Translations under genes and position numbers: made by a program
From: Eledone cirrhosa
Lineage: Eukaryota
NCBI GenBank assembly: GCA_964016885.1
Contig: OZ024743.1
Location: 277,140,001 to 277,204,000, forward strand
Direction of reading: 5' to 3'
DNA: 64,000 nt
Notes under the pieces: model-generated
Told to the model about the DNA's origin: nothing
Database searches by the model: none
Seen by the model: only the letters and a program-made list of their open reading frames with translations
Part shown: in pieces, positions 38,584-54,209 of the stretch
Numbering within the stretch: the first letter of the stretch is position 1
Layout: each line of letters opens with the position of its first letter

Positions 38584-39926
38584 TATGATGAAAGATATTC
38601 CAGCCGTAAATATCTCGTTTGAGATAGTGTGTCTACCATTATATTATCTAATGTTTTCTTGCCCTTAAAAAAAAATGACTGTTGAGTGTGATACGATAGA
38701 TATTTAGTTGCTATTTTTAGCTAGTCTATTGGCCATCATAGAGGCTCACTCGTTGCCTCCACAAGCGCCTGTGCTGCTTCGTTAGAACCAAAAGTAAAAG
38801 CAGAACTGACCGAGGTTTACCGAACAACTATAAAATATGATAAAGAGCTTGCTGTAGTTTACAGAAGTTCACTAAACACATTGCACGTCTCCAGTATAAA
38901 TATATAACTATAAAGCACCCATAAATGATACATTAAAGCACATTATATATCTTAAACAGCTTCAAAGACAACGCCGTATGCATTTTATCTACCAAGAATT
39001 ATTGTGTTCAAATAACAATTAACAACCAAACCAAAGAGAACCGATCATTGGATCCATGAAAAATTCGTTTAAAGATACAAAGATGGTCATAACATGAAGC
39101 TAACATCTAAATGTTGCTTCTACAGATTATAAAGAGAGGGGGGATATATATATAGAGAGGGGGAGAGAGAAAACGGGAAAGAGAGAGAGCGAGAGAGAGG
39201 TTGTACGTTGAATAGAGTTAGACTCGTTTATATGAGTAGATATGTGTGAAATTTCCACATAAATCAACATGCATGCATAAGTAGATACGTACAGACACAC
39301 ACACATACATACGTACACACATACATACACACATAGATACATACACACATACTTACGTACACACATACATACATACATACATACATACATACATACATAC
39401 ATACATACATACATACACACATACATACGTACAACATACATACATACACACATACATACATACGTACACACATACATACATACATATATACACATACATA
39501 CATACATACATACATACATACATACATACATACATACATACATACACATATACATACATACATATATACGTAGATACATATATATACATACGTACACACA
39601 TACACATATACGTACATACATACATACACATATACGTACATAGATATATACGTACATACATATATACATACGTACATACATACAAACATACATATATACA
39701 CACACACATATTCATACATACATAAATACATACATACATACATACGTACATACATACCGACTGACAGACAGACAGACAGACAGACACATATACATATTCA
39801 TATATACACATATACACACATGTATAAGTGTATATACAGAGTTAAGTGAGCATGTAGGATTTTTACTATTCTTCAAAGTATGTATGTATATGATTGAACG
39901 AAGAACGAAGAACGAAGGGTTAAATG

Positions 39927-40016
<90 letters not shown>

Positions 40017-40120
40017 AGAGAGAGAAATAGAGACACAGAGAGAGGTAAAATCCTGACCGCGGCGCCAAGCGGTTTCGACTTGTTATATATTGTTACACAC
40101 ACACACACACACACACACAG

Positions 40121-40184
<64 letters not shown>

Positions 40185-40344
40185 CATATATATATATATA
40201 TAATACATATATATACACTCACATATATATATATATATGCAGTTTTCATCTGTACTCACTGATACGCATATCGATGGGCATATATATACGCTATATACTT
40301 ATATACGCAAATATATATATATATATACACTTGTATATATGTAT

Positions 40345-40381
<37 letters not shown>

Positions 40382-40396
40382 CACTTGTATATATGT

Positions 40397-40476
<80 letters not shown>

Positions 40477-40507
40477 TGTTCATTATACATACACATATCA
40501 AGAGATG

Positions 40508-40780
40508 CGCACCACCACCACCACCACTACCACAACTACCACCGACACCACACCACCACCACACCACCACCACCACCACACAACCACCACCACCGCTATA
40601 GCTACCGCAACCACCACCACTACCACCAACACTACCACCACCATCGCCACTACCATCACCACCACCACCACCACCACTATAATCACCATCACAATAACCA
40701 CGACGAGGCCCGTCACTACCACCACCACCACCACCACCACCACCACCACTACCACCACCACCACCACTACCAACAACAAC
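40508..40780. repeat. (CAC)n-rich tract, partly an inverted duplicate of 42753-42870
   Basis: Shares unique anchors ccgctatagctaccgcaacc and cacaataaccacgacgagg with the reverse complement of 42755-42870. Confidence 0.75.
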
Positions 40781-40803
40781 CTCCACCTCTATCACTTCTA
40801 ACG

Positions 40804-40928
<125 letters not shown>

Positions 40929-40930
40929 AG

Positions 40931-41018
<88 letters not shown>

Positions 41019-41035
41019 CACACACACACAGTATA

Positions 41036-41108
<73 letters not shown>

Positions 41109-41109
41109 C

Positions 41110-41142
<33 letters not shown>

Positions 41143-41449
41143 AATACAATATCGGAGAAAGCTTTTTAGCGAACACACTATACTATACAGTACATGTATA
41201 TGACACTCCTACCCACATCTATAGATATGTAATAAATGCTGAAAATTATTGCTCAATAAGTAACCAGTGGCGGTTTATTATGTTGCCGTGATTACAGCAT
41301 CACCGTGCCGGGCTTCTTACAGCTTACTGAGAGGCTCTATAATTTGTACGACCTTAACATACGTTTACTTGATAGAGGTGGAGATGAGGTTGTTGTTGTT
41401 GTTGGTGGTGGTGGTGGTGGCGGTGGTGGTGGTGGTGGTGGTGGTGGTG

Positions 41450-42750
41450 GTTGATGGTGGTGGCTGTGGTGGTGATGGTTGTGGCGGTAGTGACTGTGGT
41501 GGTGATGGTGGTGGTGGTGGTGGTGGTGGTGGTGGCGGTGGTGGTGGTGGTGGTGGTTGATGGTGGTGGCTGTGGTGGTGATGGTTGTGGCGGTAGTGGC
41601 TGTGGTGGTGATGGTGGTGGTGGTGGTGGTGGTGGTGGTGGCGGTGGTGGTGGTGGTGGTGGTGGTGGTGGTTGATGGTGGTGGCTGTGGTGGTGATGGT
41701 TGTGGCGGTAGTGGCTGTGGTGGTGGTGGTGGTTGCGGTGGTGATGGTTGTTGCAGTAGTTGTTGAGGTGGTGATGGTTGTGGCGGTAGTGGCTGTGGTG
41801 GTGATGGTTGTGGCGGTAGTGGCTGTGGTGGTGATGGTTGTGGCGGTAGTGGCTGTGGTGGTGATGGTTGTGGCGGTAGTGGCTGTGGTGGTGATGGTTG
41901 TGGCGGTAGTGGCTGTGGTGGTGATGGTTGTGGCGGTAGTGGCTGTGGTGGTGGTGGTGGTTGCAGTAGTTGTTGAGGTGGTGATGGTTGTTGCAGTAGT
42001 TGTTGAGGTGGTGATGGTTGTGGCGGTAGTGGCTGTGGTGGTGATGGTTGTGGCGGTAGTGGCTGTGGTGGTGATGGTTGTGGCGGTAGTGGCTGTGGTG
42101 GTGATGGTTGTGGCGGTAGTGGCTGTGGTGGTGATGGTTGTGGCGGTAGTGGCTGTGGTGGTGATGGTTGTTGCAGTAGTTGTTGAGGTGGTGATGGTTG
42201 TTGCAGTAGTTGTTGAGGTGGTGATGGTTGTGGCGGTAGTGGCTGTGGTGGTGATGGTTGTGGCGGTAGTGGCTGTGGTGGTGATGGTTGTGGCGGTAGT
42301 GGCTGTGGTGGTGATGGTTGTTGCAGTAGTTGTTGAGGTGGTGATGGTTGTGGCGGTAGTGGCTGTGGTGGTGATGGTTGTGGCGGTAGTGGCTGTGGTG
42401 GTGATGGTTGTTGCAGTAGTTGTTGAGGTGGTGATGGTTGTGGCGGTAGTTGTTGAGGTGGTGATGGTTGTGGCGGTAGTGGCTGTGGTGGTGATGGTTG
42501 TGGCGGTAGTGGCTGTGGTGGTGATGGTTGTGGCGGTAGTGGCTGTGGTGGTGATGGTTGTGGCGGTAGTGGCTGTGGTGGTGATGGTTGTGGCGGTAGT
42601 GGCTGTGGTGGTGATGGTTGTGGCGGTAGTGGCTGTGGTGGTGATGGTTGTTGCAGTAGTTGTTGAGGTGGTGATGGTTGTGGCGGTAGTGGCTGTGGTG
42701 GTGATGGTTGTGGCGGTAGTGGCTGTGGTGGTGATGGTTGTGGCGGTTGT
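41450..42750. repeat. 30-bp GT-rich minisatellite (gtggtggtgatggttgtggcggtagtggct)n with a variant unit
   Basis: More than 30 tandem units. The variant unit ttgcagtagttgttgag is interspersed. Confidence 0.95.
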
Positions 42751-43641
42751 CATAGACCTCGTCGTCGTTATTGTGAAGGTGATTATAGTGGTGGTGGTGG
42801 TGATGGTAGTGGTGGTGGTGATGGTGGTGGTAGTGGTGTTGGTGGTGGTTGCGGTAGTTATAGCGGTGGGGGTGGTGGTAGTGGTGGTGGTGGTGGTGGT
42901 GGTGGTGTTAGTGTTCGTGGTAGTGGTGCAGGTGGGAGCTGTGGTAGTTATAGGGGTGGGGGTGGTCGTAGTGTTGGTGGTCGTAGTAGTGGTGTTGGTG
43001 GGAGTTGTGGGAGTTATAGCGGTGGTGGTGGTGGTAGTGGTAGTGGTGGTGGTGGTGGTGGTAGTGGTGGTGGTGATGGTGGTAGTGGTGATGGTAGTGG
43101 TGGTAGTGATGGTAGCATCCTCGTCGTTATAGTAATGGAGATTATAGTGGTGGCTGAGGTGATAGTGGTATTGTTTTTTTATAGTTGTTGGTGGTGATTG
43201 CAGTGATTGTGATAGTTGCTGTGGTTGTTGTTGTTGTTGTTGTTGTGGTGGTGGTGGTGGTGGTGGTGGTGGTGGAGGATGTAGTGTGGTTGCGGTTGAT
43301 GGTAGTGGCGTTAGTGTTGCTGTTGTTGGCAGTACTGAGAAGCAATGGGCAGATATGGAGGGAGAAGTGGTGTTGGTGGTGTTGATAATGGTTGTAGTGG
43401 TGATGATGGTGTTGGTGGTGTTGACAGCGTTGATGGTGGTTATTGTGGTAGGACCGATGGTATTGGTACATGTTTTAGTGATGAGATGATGGTAGAGGAG
43501 ATTTTCATAGATGAAATGATGTTAGTCGTAGTGTTGCAGTGGTGGTGGTGTTGGAAGAAGTGGTGCTGGTGAGATGTTGGCGTTGGTGTGGTGATGGTGA
43601 TAGTGATGTTGTTATTGTTGCTGCTGCTGCTGCTGCTGCTG

Positions 43642-43712
<71 letters not shown>

Positions 43713-43714
43713 GT

Positions 43715-43764
<50 letters not shown>

Positions 43765-44419
43765 GTGTTGTTGGTGGTGGTGTTAGTTGTGGTGGTGGTG
43801 TTAGTTGTGGTGGTGGTGTTGGTTTTGGTGGTGATTTGTTGTTGTTGTTGTGGTGGTGGTGGTGGTTGTTGCGTTTGTTGTTGTTGTTGTTGATATGGTG
43901 GTCGAAGTGGTACTGATGGTAGTATTATCCTTAGTAGTAGTAGTGCTGTTGGAGGCGGTGGTGATGTTAGACATTAATGTAAAATGGTGAACGATGATTA
44001 AGAGTGTATGGCGAGTTAAGGTCTGGGAGAATTTTGAGTGTGGCCTCCTGTGAAGCATAGCTCTATGATTTAGCAAGTCTAATGATGTAATTTACGGCAT
44101 CAGTTGCCAAAAAGAGCTGCTATCAAAGCTGGATCAAAGAGATAAAAACATTGACTATGACTGGACGATGACCGAAATATTACATATGTCATCATCTCTA
44201 CCCACACCCATACCTAGAATCTGACCCAACAACCAACTCCACCCACATTCTCCATTCAGCTTTCATACGGCGTATATTTAAACACCACATATACACAGGC
44301 ATACACACTTACACACAAATGAGCACACGAACACATTCACATACTCGCACACATACACAAGCACTTAAATGTATATGTATCTACACACATGCACGCTTGT
44401 ATATGTATGTATGTATATA

Positions 44420-44484
<65 letters not shown>

Positions 44485-44497
44485 TATGTGTGTGTGT

Positions 44498-44556
<59 letters not shown>

Positions 44557-44628
44557 TTTCTGTTTTTATCTGCGAATAGGAAATCATATATATATATATG
44601 TATATACATACACATATTTATTGTATAC

Positions 44629-44683
<55 letters not shown>

Positions 44684-45394
44684 AGCAAGAATATTTTCGA
44701 AACAGCGAGCGGGTTTGAAATTATTATAAATGTAAGCTATCGCCGTATTTTGACTAAAGAAATTAAAGAAATTATTTAGCCTGATAGTGGGGTTAAGAAC
44801 CCTCGGAGAAATGGAAAAAGATGAGTATTGACGTACATGGGAAATTGACTTTGTAGAGATATGCAAAATCATAGGTACGCTCACAAAGAAAATCACTGCA
44901 ATAATTGAATATCGAAACAGCTCTCTAACTACTTTCAACTATGCCAATCAACACAGACTAGATGCGCTTAGAAAATACAATCTTTAATGTTTTAATAATT
45001 TCTGCCTAAAAATACTTACTGGCTTAAAAGGCCATAGACGTCACCTTCAAGCTTCGATATCACCCTCAACTTTAGTCGTTGCCTTCAACATGATTATGTG
45101 TAAATATAAACCATATAACAAGACTAATGAAAAACGTACGTCTATTAATACAGATTTATCGCACCAGAAGCTAGCGGATTAAGAAATCAGATCACACATA
45201 GTATGATATGGTGTGGTATAGACCCGTAACTCCTGAAGTGTCGTAGGGGCACCATATTGACATACGGCGTCTTTAGGACATTTTTTAAACCTGGCGGAGC
45301 CCATCTCCTCTCCAGGTCTGAATACAGTAGATTTCTTCAAGAGATGGAGAGAGAGAGTGGGAGAATAGAAGTGAGAAAGTGATAGGGAGGAAAA

Positions 45395-45550
45395 ATTGAC
45401 AAAGTACTTGATGGTGCTTTTTATCGACCATTAATAGATGAAAAGCAAAGTAGACCTCGGTTGGATTTGAACTCAGAGAGCAGAGAGCCGAAATGAATAC
45501 TACAAAGCATTCTATCCGACATTCTAATGACTCTGCCAATTCGCCGCCTA
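45395..45550 (-). mobile_element. SINE family A (diverged)
   Basis: ttttatcgacc...gatgaaaagcaaagtagacctcggttggatttgaactcaga...ctctgccaattcgccgcc. Confidence 0.75.
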
Positions 45551-46439
45551 TCAGATCACATAAAAAGTCCGCTATCCAGGGACGCCGCTGTGTTATCTGA
45601 ATCACACTCAATAATCTTAATATATTTTTCTGACTAGATAAATGTTAGATCAGAGATTTTCACTAAATGTCGTTATTTCGATAAATACCTTCTAAAATAT
45701 TTGCAGAACCAACTGATAGAATGGATCAATAGTTAACTATTTACTAGGAGCAATCATAATCGTTTTCCTTCTCAAAAGCCCTACACTCAATTAGCGTGTA
45801 AGTGATTGAGTATTTCACATCCACGTGTACTCTTAAAGCAACTCTCATACAGTTTCAGCCCACAATGTGTGACAAAGCGGAACCATCGAGCAATTTTCAT
45901 TCGCATAACGTGAGTCAACCCCGAACTATGGTGAACGTACTTGCCCAAGGTGTTACACACATTCACATACGCGTACACACACAGATACCACGCGTTCAAA
46001 TACCCACACGTGCACATATATATATATACATTCTTATTAAAACACACATATATAGAATCACACACTCGCACACATATACATATCTACGTAAACATATACA
46101 CATATATACTCCTTTAAAAGACACTTGTACACACACTTCTAGATCGACACATAGAATCATTTGTACACATACACACTTACTGTCGAAAACGTACTATGCA
46201 CACTTAAATAAACACGCAGGCATCTTCATGCACATACACTTAACTACATGCAAACTCCTGTAGTAACAAACATACACATGCGTACAGATTCGTTTAAAAA
46301 ATACCGTACATACGCCTTGATAAACACATGCATACACACGAGCGTACATATAACACATACATATGTATATATTCTTTTATTCTCTTACATGTCCCAGCCA
46401 TCCGGCTGAGGCCATGCTGGGGCACCGCCCCTGTTGCTA

Positions 46440-47376
46440 CACAATTTATCTCCAGCCTGTATTGGTTGGCCACTGGTGCAAGAGGGAGTTCGTTGCTGCT
46501 CCCCTTAGGTTTCCCTCGTGCCTTGCCGTGGGCTCATCCTGGATCCTGGATAGCAAGGTGTCGAGATGTTTTTTGAAAACATCCACGTCCACACCATGCA
46601 GATCCCTCAAATTTCTTGGCAGCTGGTTGAAGAGTTGAGGGCGTTTGAGCCTCAGGCCATTGCAATATCTGCTCCTTATTCTAGATGTGGAAGACTGGAC
46701 CTTTGGCATCACACAGTGACGTCTTGTTCGGGGGCTGATCCAGCTCTCAATGCCAAAGTTTGGTGCTAGTCCCTCCAGGATTTTCCATATGTATATCACT
46801 GCGTATCTCTCTCGTCTTCGTTCCAAGGAGTAGAGGTTCAGTTCTTTGAAGGAAAATATGCATCGTCGCTCATGTCTATACCTAGGTCTCGTATCGATTT
46901 CGACACGGGAATTTCGGTCCCTCCTGGTTCAGTGTATCTGTGTTGTACTGTATTTTTGTTTGCAGGTTTGTATTGTAGGGCTTGAAATTTGCCTTCATTA
47001 AACTGCATGTTGTTGTCTTCCGCCCATTTTATATGGCATCCAGATCTTGTTGTAAAAGGGCAGCGTCAGCCGGGTTTTTGATTGCCTGTGCTACCTTAGT
47101 GTCATCAACATAGCTATTGAGGGATGTTGTATGTACTACATAGGGCATGTCTGAGAGAACCACCAAAAACAATAGTGGTCCCAAGACTGTGCCTTGGGGC
47201 ACCCCACTTATTATTGCTGTTTCCTTTGAGAGGGCCCCGTTTGCTGCAACTGTCTGGCTTCTGTCCTTTAAGAAGTCATGCAGCCACTCACCTGCGTTTC
47301 CAATAATGCCGAGTATGTGTAGTTTGTGACATGTCATTCCGCGGTCGACCTTGTCAAAGGCCCTCGCAAAGTCAAG
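46440..47376 (-). mobile_element. CR1-type LINE RT 3' fragment
   Basis: YLDFARAFDKVD, SGVPQGTVLGPLLFL, YVDDTK, LQQDLDAI and LERRRERYAVIYIWKIL. An unrelated sequence interrupts it at about 46850-46965. Confidence 0.85.
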
Positions 47377-47381
47377 ATATA

Positions 47382-47413
<32 letters not shown>

Positions 47414-47433
47414 CATATGTGTATATATATACA

Positions 47434-47542
<109 letters not shown>

Positions 47543-47699
47543 CCAGATGTCAGACGAGCATTTAATTCCAGAGTCGGGCCAGATCAATACAGATCGAACC
47601 AGTAATACACTGGGTAATTGCTGGCCTTGTGCCAAAAGTAGAAACAATTATATATATAACACACACATATGTGTATGTATATATGTATATATGTGTATC

Positions 47700-47903
<204 letters not shown>

Positions 47904-47937
47904 TACACACACACACACGCACACACACACACACACG

Positions 47938-47980
<43 letters not shown>

Positions 47981-48764
47981 ATTGTTATTCCATCAAATAT
48001 ACAAATAAGTATTCTAACATAAAAACTAAAGCTCGTACACATACATATAACTTTCCTCAATAAACATACTCACAAAAAGTTATCCACATACACATTCACA
48101 ACCGCATACGTACAGGTGCTTACATATGCACATACACGCGTGCTTGTACACGTAAACACCTACATATAAACTAAAACCTTAACAACCACACACATAAACA
48201 GATTTATAATACTACATAATAAAGACACTCTTATACACACACATTCAAAGACACATTAAATCACATACATAAACGCACAAAAATGTGCCTATATAAGCAT
48301 ATACACAAACACCCGTAAAGCCACCCACACAAACAAACAAAGAAACAAATAAGTATACACACACTTTTGATAACCGAGAAATCTGTGTAATTAAGGTATA
48401 AGCCTTATTCAACAAACTAACAATATTGATAAAGTTATTAACACTAAAAAAAAGCCCAACAAAATGGCTGCCTATAGATATTTGAACTTAACACGAACAC
48501 TCTAGAAATTTCCCCTATATTATAGTGTTTGTTTAGAAAACAGTCGACAAATTAGTGTTAACGTCCAAATAACTGAGTTGGTGAGACGATGGGTGTCCTG
48601 GAAACATTACACTGTGTGTGTATACGTATGTAAGGAGTTTTTCATGGAATTACTGAATTCTATTGAGACTGGTGTCGTTAGTTGAAACTAATAATGATGT
48701 ACTATCTGTGTCAATGTCTAGTTATATATATATATATATTATAGTAGAACACTGGTGGGATATA

Positions 48765-48829
<65 letters not shown>

Positions 48830-48939
48830 GATGCATGTATGGATATATATGTGCGTGTGTGTGTGGGTGGTGGAAGCGAGTACATTTGTGGATATACGTA
48901 TGTATATATAATGTATGTATGTATATATGTATTTATGTA

Positions 48940-48991
<52 letters not shown>

Positions 48992-49148
48992 TATATATTT
49001 AATCTACACATCAAATTAATTACATATATACTACATAATTGTACATTATTATATATTGCTATACATTTATTTATATCTAAAATATATACGTATATACTGC
49101 ATACACATATATATGAATATGAGTGTATATATACATACATACGTACAC

Positions 49149-49276
<128 letters not shown>

Positions 49277-49279
49277 GTA

Positions 49280-49384
<105 letters not shown>

Positions 49385-49874
49385 TTATATATATACATAT
49401 GTATGTGTGTATATATATATATACACACACAATATATGTACGTGTATGTGACTGACCATAACAGAAACCTATATATGGTGTGAACATATGCGTGTAACGT
49501 GTATATGATCAGATGTATAGACATACATTCTCTCTCGTGCTAAATTATACACAGACAAATAGAGATCGAAGTTGGTATGTAAATATGTAATTGGGTGTAT
49601 ACATACGTTTTCGGATATACACACGTACTTACACGTATACACATATATACACCTACACATAGTGGCACACAATTATACATACTGTTCAATATTGAAATAG
49701 ATATTGAATTGCCTGTAATAATCATATTGTATATTAACAGAAAATTGTAGCAATTGAAATTGTTTGTTATATTATTGGTGAACGGGCAGAGTGAATGTGG
49801 CGTGGAGAAAGGGGAGGTGTGTGTGTGAGTGTGTGTGTGAGTGTGAGAGAGAATGTGTGTGTGAACGAGAGAGA

Positions 49875-49945
<71 letters not shown>

Positions 49946-50032
49946 GAAGGGAGCGTCTCTGTGTGTGTGAAAGAGAGAGTGTGTAGCTTTGGCTGTATGT
50001 GTGTGTCTGGGAGAGATAAAGATAGATAGATT

Positions 50033-50100
<68 letters not shown>

Positions 50101-50204
50101 GTGAGAGAGAGAGAGGAACGTGAGGTAATATGAGATAGATATAGATAGTACAAGTCAGAGAGACAGTGAGAAAAAACATGATAAGGAAAATGATGGAATG
50201 GGAT

Positions 50205-50279
<75 letters not shown>

Positions 50280-51184
50280 GAGATAGAGAGAGATAGGGAG
50301 AGATAGAGAGATAGGGAAAGAGAGGAGAACGTACATAACAGGGATAGTGTATATGTTGAGAGAGGGGGAGAGGGGAGAGGTAGAGAGAGATAGTTCAAAG
50401 GAGAAAGAAAGAGTTATAGAGTTAGAACGAAAGGATAAATATGAAGTACGAGAAAGAGATTAGACAAGAGAGAAAGAAAAAGAGATCGTACCAGAGAGAG
50501 AGAAAGAGAGAGAGAGAGAGAGGGAGGGAGAGAGAGAGACAAAGAGAGGGAGAGAGAGGGAGAGAGAGAGAGTGGCGGAGTAAGAGCGATAGTGTGTGTA
50601 CGTGAGACATAGAGTGTGTGTGTGTATGTACATGTATGTATGTGTGTACAGAGTCAGTTGAGAAGCTTATTAAAGATTAATGTAATTAGAGAGTCGAGTA
50701 AAAACCAATCTAAGAGTTAATATACAGTTGTATTCCTTTGACAATTGCCGTTTGATTAGAGCACTTTCGCTCGGAAGATTTCGTCTAGTCACGTGAACAA
50801 CTCCCAGCCCTACCACCCTCCTATGCCCACCACAAACGCCCTCACATCCCTACTACAGCCATTGAAATTGTTATATACGTGCAGAAAAGTTATGAAAATT
50901 CATTATCAATTTTTCAAAACTTTTCTCCCCAACGACTCCTCACCGACTCCAAATTTCTAACCTATACCAACCATATTAATCGTAAATCACTCCACTCCGT
51001 CGTATATTCCCTCATTCTTTCTACACCCTATCCCTACCAATCACTATCGATTATCCATGCCCTCTCCTACTCATTACGTCTACCTATATATTGATCTCTG
51101 GTATTGATAGGTACAGGTTCACAGATTTTGGAGAGGAGTAAGAGCAAAGTCAATTAGATTATATCGATTCTTTCAGTATTTGTC

Positions 51185-51345
51185 TACTTATTTTATTCTT
51201 TCCCTCTTTGACATAGAAAAGGCAAAATGGACATCGGTAGGATTTGAACTCAGAACGTAACAAAACACCGTAAAGATTTTTAGTCTTCCAACGCTTGACC
51301 GGTTCTGACATTCAACAATAATCATTTCTATCATAGTTACAAGGC
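51185..51345 (-). mobile_element. SINE family A, degenerate (further relics at 51530-51790, 52200-52355 and 59870-60030)
   Basis: aaaggcaaa...ggatttgaactcagaacgta, the reverse complement of the core and B box. Confidence 0.6.
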
Positions 51346-52096
51346 CACACATTTCGGTGGGGTAGAAGACAGCCAATAAATTCTATGCCAGGTCATGTTC
51401 AAAAGTTAGTTTGTCTCAAGCCTGAAGGCTCACCGTACCGGATCTTATTCCGGTTTCATTGGTTTTAAGTGCCTGAGAGTACACATGACACCAGTCTATC
51501 GCAGGGTTAAAGTCTGTCAAATGCCGGGAAGCTCATCAAGCCGGGGGCGGGGCTTTATTTTATCAACTCTCACCTCCCGAACGTATGAAAGCTAAAGTGG
51601 ACTTTGTAGGAGAGTAGAGTCAATTATATGCTGTCCGGTATTAAACTGGCAATTTATTTTATTCATACTACAAAACGGATGAAAAATAAAATCGATACTA
51701 GAAAGCAGGATTCGAAACAGAATGTAAAAAGTTGCAAATAAATACCATCAGAAATTATGTCCAGCACACTTCCAATTCTACTCTTCCAGTGTCCTTATAT
51801 CTAGCTAATATTGTTTTGTTTTTCCTAGGCAAATACCGTATTTGTTATTGAAAAGGGAAATTGGAAGGGTTTTTCGTATTAGCGGTAATAAGTGAAAGGA
51901 ACAGGTTAATATCGCACCATCCATTAGGAGGTTGATAAACGTCTTCGAGCCCAGTCTTTTCATGGACTTGTATCTCCTGATGGAGACGTAGAGGGAGTTA
52001 TAAAAGACGGTTTCTCTTGGACAATATATTTGGTGGAGTAAGACCCTCACCAGGTAGACACACAGCCGATTATTTCCAAAGAGAGAGAGTGAAAGT

Positions 52097-52159
<63 letters not shown>

Positions 52160-52646
52160 AGGGTGAGAGAGAAGTAGGGTGAGAAAGAAGTATGAGATAC
52201 AGAATAAAATGTTGCCTTGTACTTTACCGAACTTCAAAGGATGATAGGTAAAGTTCCCCTCGTTGGGATTTGAACAAATAGCGCAGAAAGCCGGATCAAA
52301 TACCGTAAATCATTCTATTCGATATTTTAACAATTATTCCACTTCGTCGCCTTATTGTAGGATTGAAAGACTCGGAAACCCATGCTGATTCTTTTGTTTT
52401 TTTTACCTGTTTCAACCATTTGAGTGGGGCCTTGATGGCGTACCGCCTTTATTTAGTCGATTGATTTATATCTAAACCAATACTACTTTTTATTCAAGTC
52501 GGTTTTCTGCCTAACCCCTTACGGGGTATAAACAGCTATAGACAAACGTAACCTGGGACTTGAACACTTTGGTCAGCTTGTGCGATTGAACTCAGAAACA
52601 TATGGTTGGCAAGAGAACTCCTTAACCACTCAACAATGACTGCGTC

Positions 52647-52700
<54 letters not shown>

Positions 52701-53872
52701 CATACACATATACATCCATCCATACATACACACGCACACACCCACACACACACACGCGCATATATATAGATAATTAAAGAATGAAAAAGGAGAGAGAGGG
52801 GTATAAGGAGAGAGTTAAATGATAGAATGAATGAAATTAAGAGACAACGAAAGAGTTTGAAGGCATGTAAACGGTTGATTAATCTCTAGTTGAGCAAACC
52901 ATTGAATTGGTGAAAGAATGACTGTGACGACTCTCAATAAATGGTGTGGTAGTACCGTATGAATTTACAATACTACGTAAGATTGCTTGTAAGTAAGTTT
53001 ATCAGCAAATACGATGTTACGGTTTATTAGATCTATCAGTCGGCCAAAACTAAATTGCATATAATAGCTGTATTTTAATTGGTTGATTGCCATGTGCTAC
53101 GTTAGTCATATGATTACGGAGTAAAAACTGACGTCATAATGGTGGCAATTCGTCAAACATCGCCAATGTGATCAGCTCGGTTAGTATGTTGAGCGTAAAT
53201 TCTTGGATTATGCAGTTAAGTTGGTAACGGCTGGATTGTAAGACTTACAAATATATCTACATTCCTATATCCTCATGCACATACACATACGAACACACAT
53301 ACCCACTCAAATACAGAGACAAACACACACACACACGCGCACACATGCATACGCAACAACACACGCACACTCAAGTACACAGAAAGCGATATATGTATAG
53401 GTATGGAGAAACTAACTTATTGCTTAAATTCGGATGAACGCCTTGTTGGGTATGGCAAACATATTTAACGCATTTCGCAGTTTACTACATTCGTATATAT
53501 ATATATGCGTATATATGTATGTGTGTGTGTATGTGGGCATGTTTGTGTGTATATGTATGTGTGTGTGTGTGCATATGTATATATATGTATATATTCATTC
53601 ACAAACTCACATAATATAACGATGACGATTGTACATTTCTGTTATAAATTCTCCGTCAGTATCTTTTAGATTTGTGGCAGTGGCGGACATTCATATAGGC
53701 TCGGTAAAGCCACACAAATTTAAAAGGAAAATATTCTGCTAATGAAACCCCATCAGATCAGATCTGCTTGCTACTCCATTTGCTGTACATTTGCCTTATA
53801 CATTCAACCGCATATGCAGCCAGGTGTGACGGAAAGCGCCAACGGCCCTCGTAAATGAATTTTCCCAGAGTA

Positions 53873-54075
53873 TGAGGGTCGGCTAAAAAGTTCGTAGGCT
53901 TGACCAAGATACTCTCATGAGGTTTATTTTTCAACATAGTCCCCCTTGCAGTACACACACTTCTTCTATCGGTGTTGCAGTGTTAGGATCTCATTTGTGA
54001 AGAAGTTTTCATCCCGTTGGTTAAAAAAGTCCTCAACAGCCGATATTACGTCATAATCATCGCGATACTCGTACA
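53873..54075. mobile_element. Mariner-like element end fragment
   Basis: ta-tgagggtcggctaaaaagttcgtaggc matches the TIR of the MITE at 62307-62500, and its internal sequence is shared in reverse complement. Confidence 0.65.
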
Positions 54076-54209
54076 TTGTTATGTTTTATTTTTACGTGTT
54101 GTTTATTCATTCCGATTTTTTTTGTTTAGTTTGGTTTTATTGCGTATTTCTCCTCCACTTAACCGAGGTACTTCACTACTTGTCAATCAATTTATAGCTC
54201 CGCCATCGT

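Noticed and set aside
41365-43132. Mucin-like Thr-rich and Val-rich long ORFs
   Set aside because: Translations of the 30-bp minisatellite and (GGT)n tracts.
47545-47602. cagacga...gaaccag hammerhead-like remnant
   Set aside because: Both core halves are mutated, so it cannot be supported.
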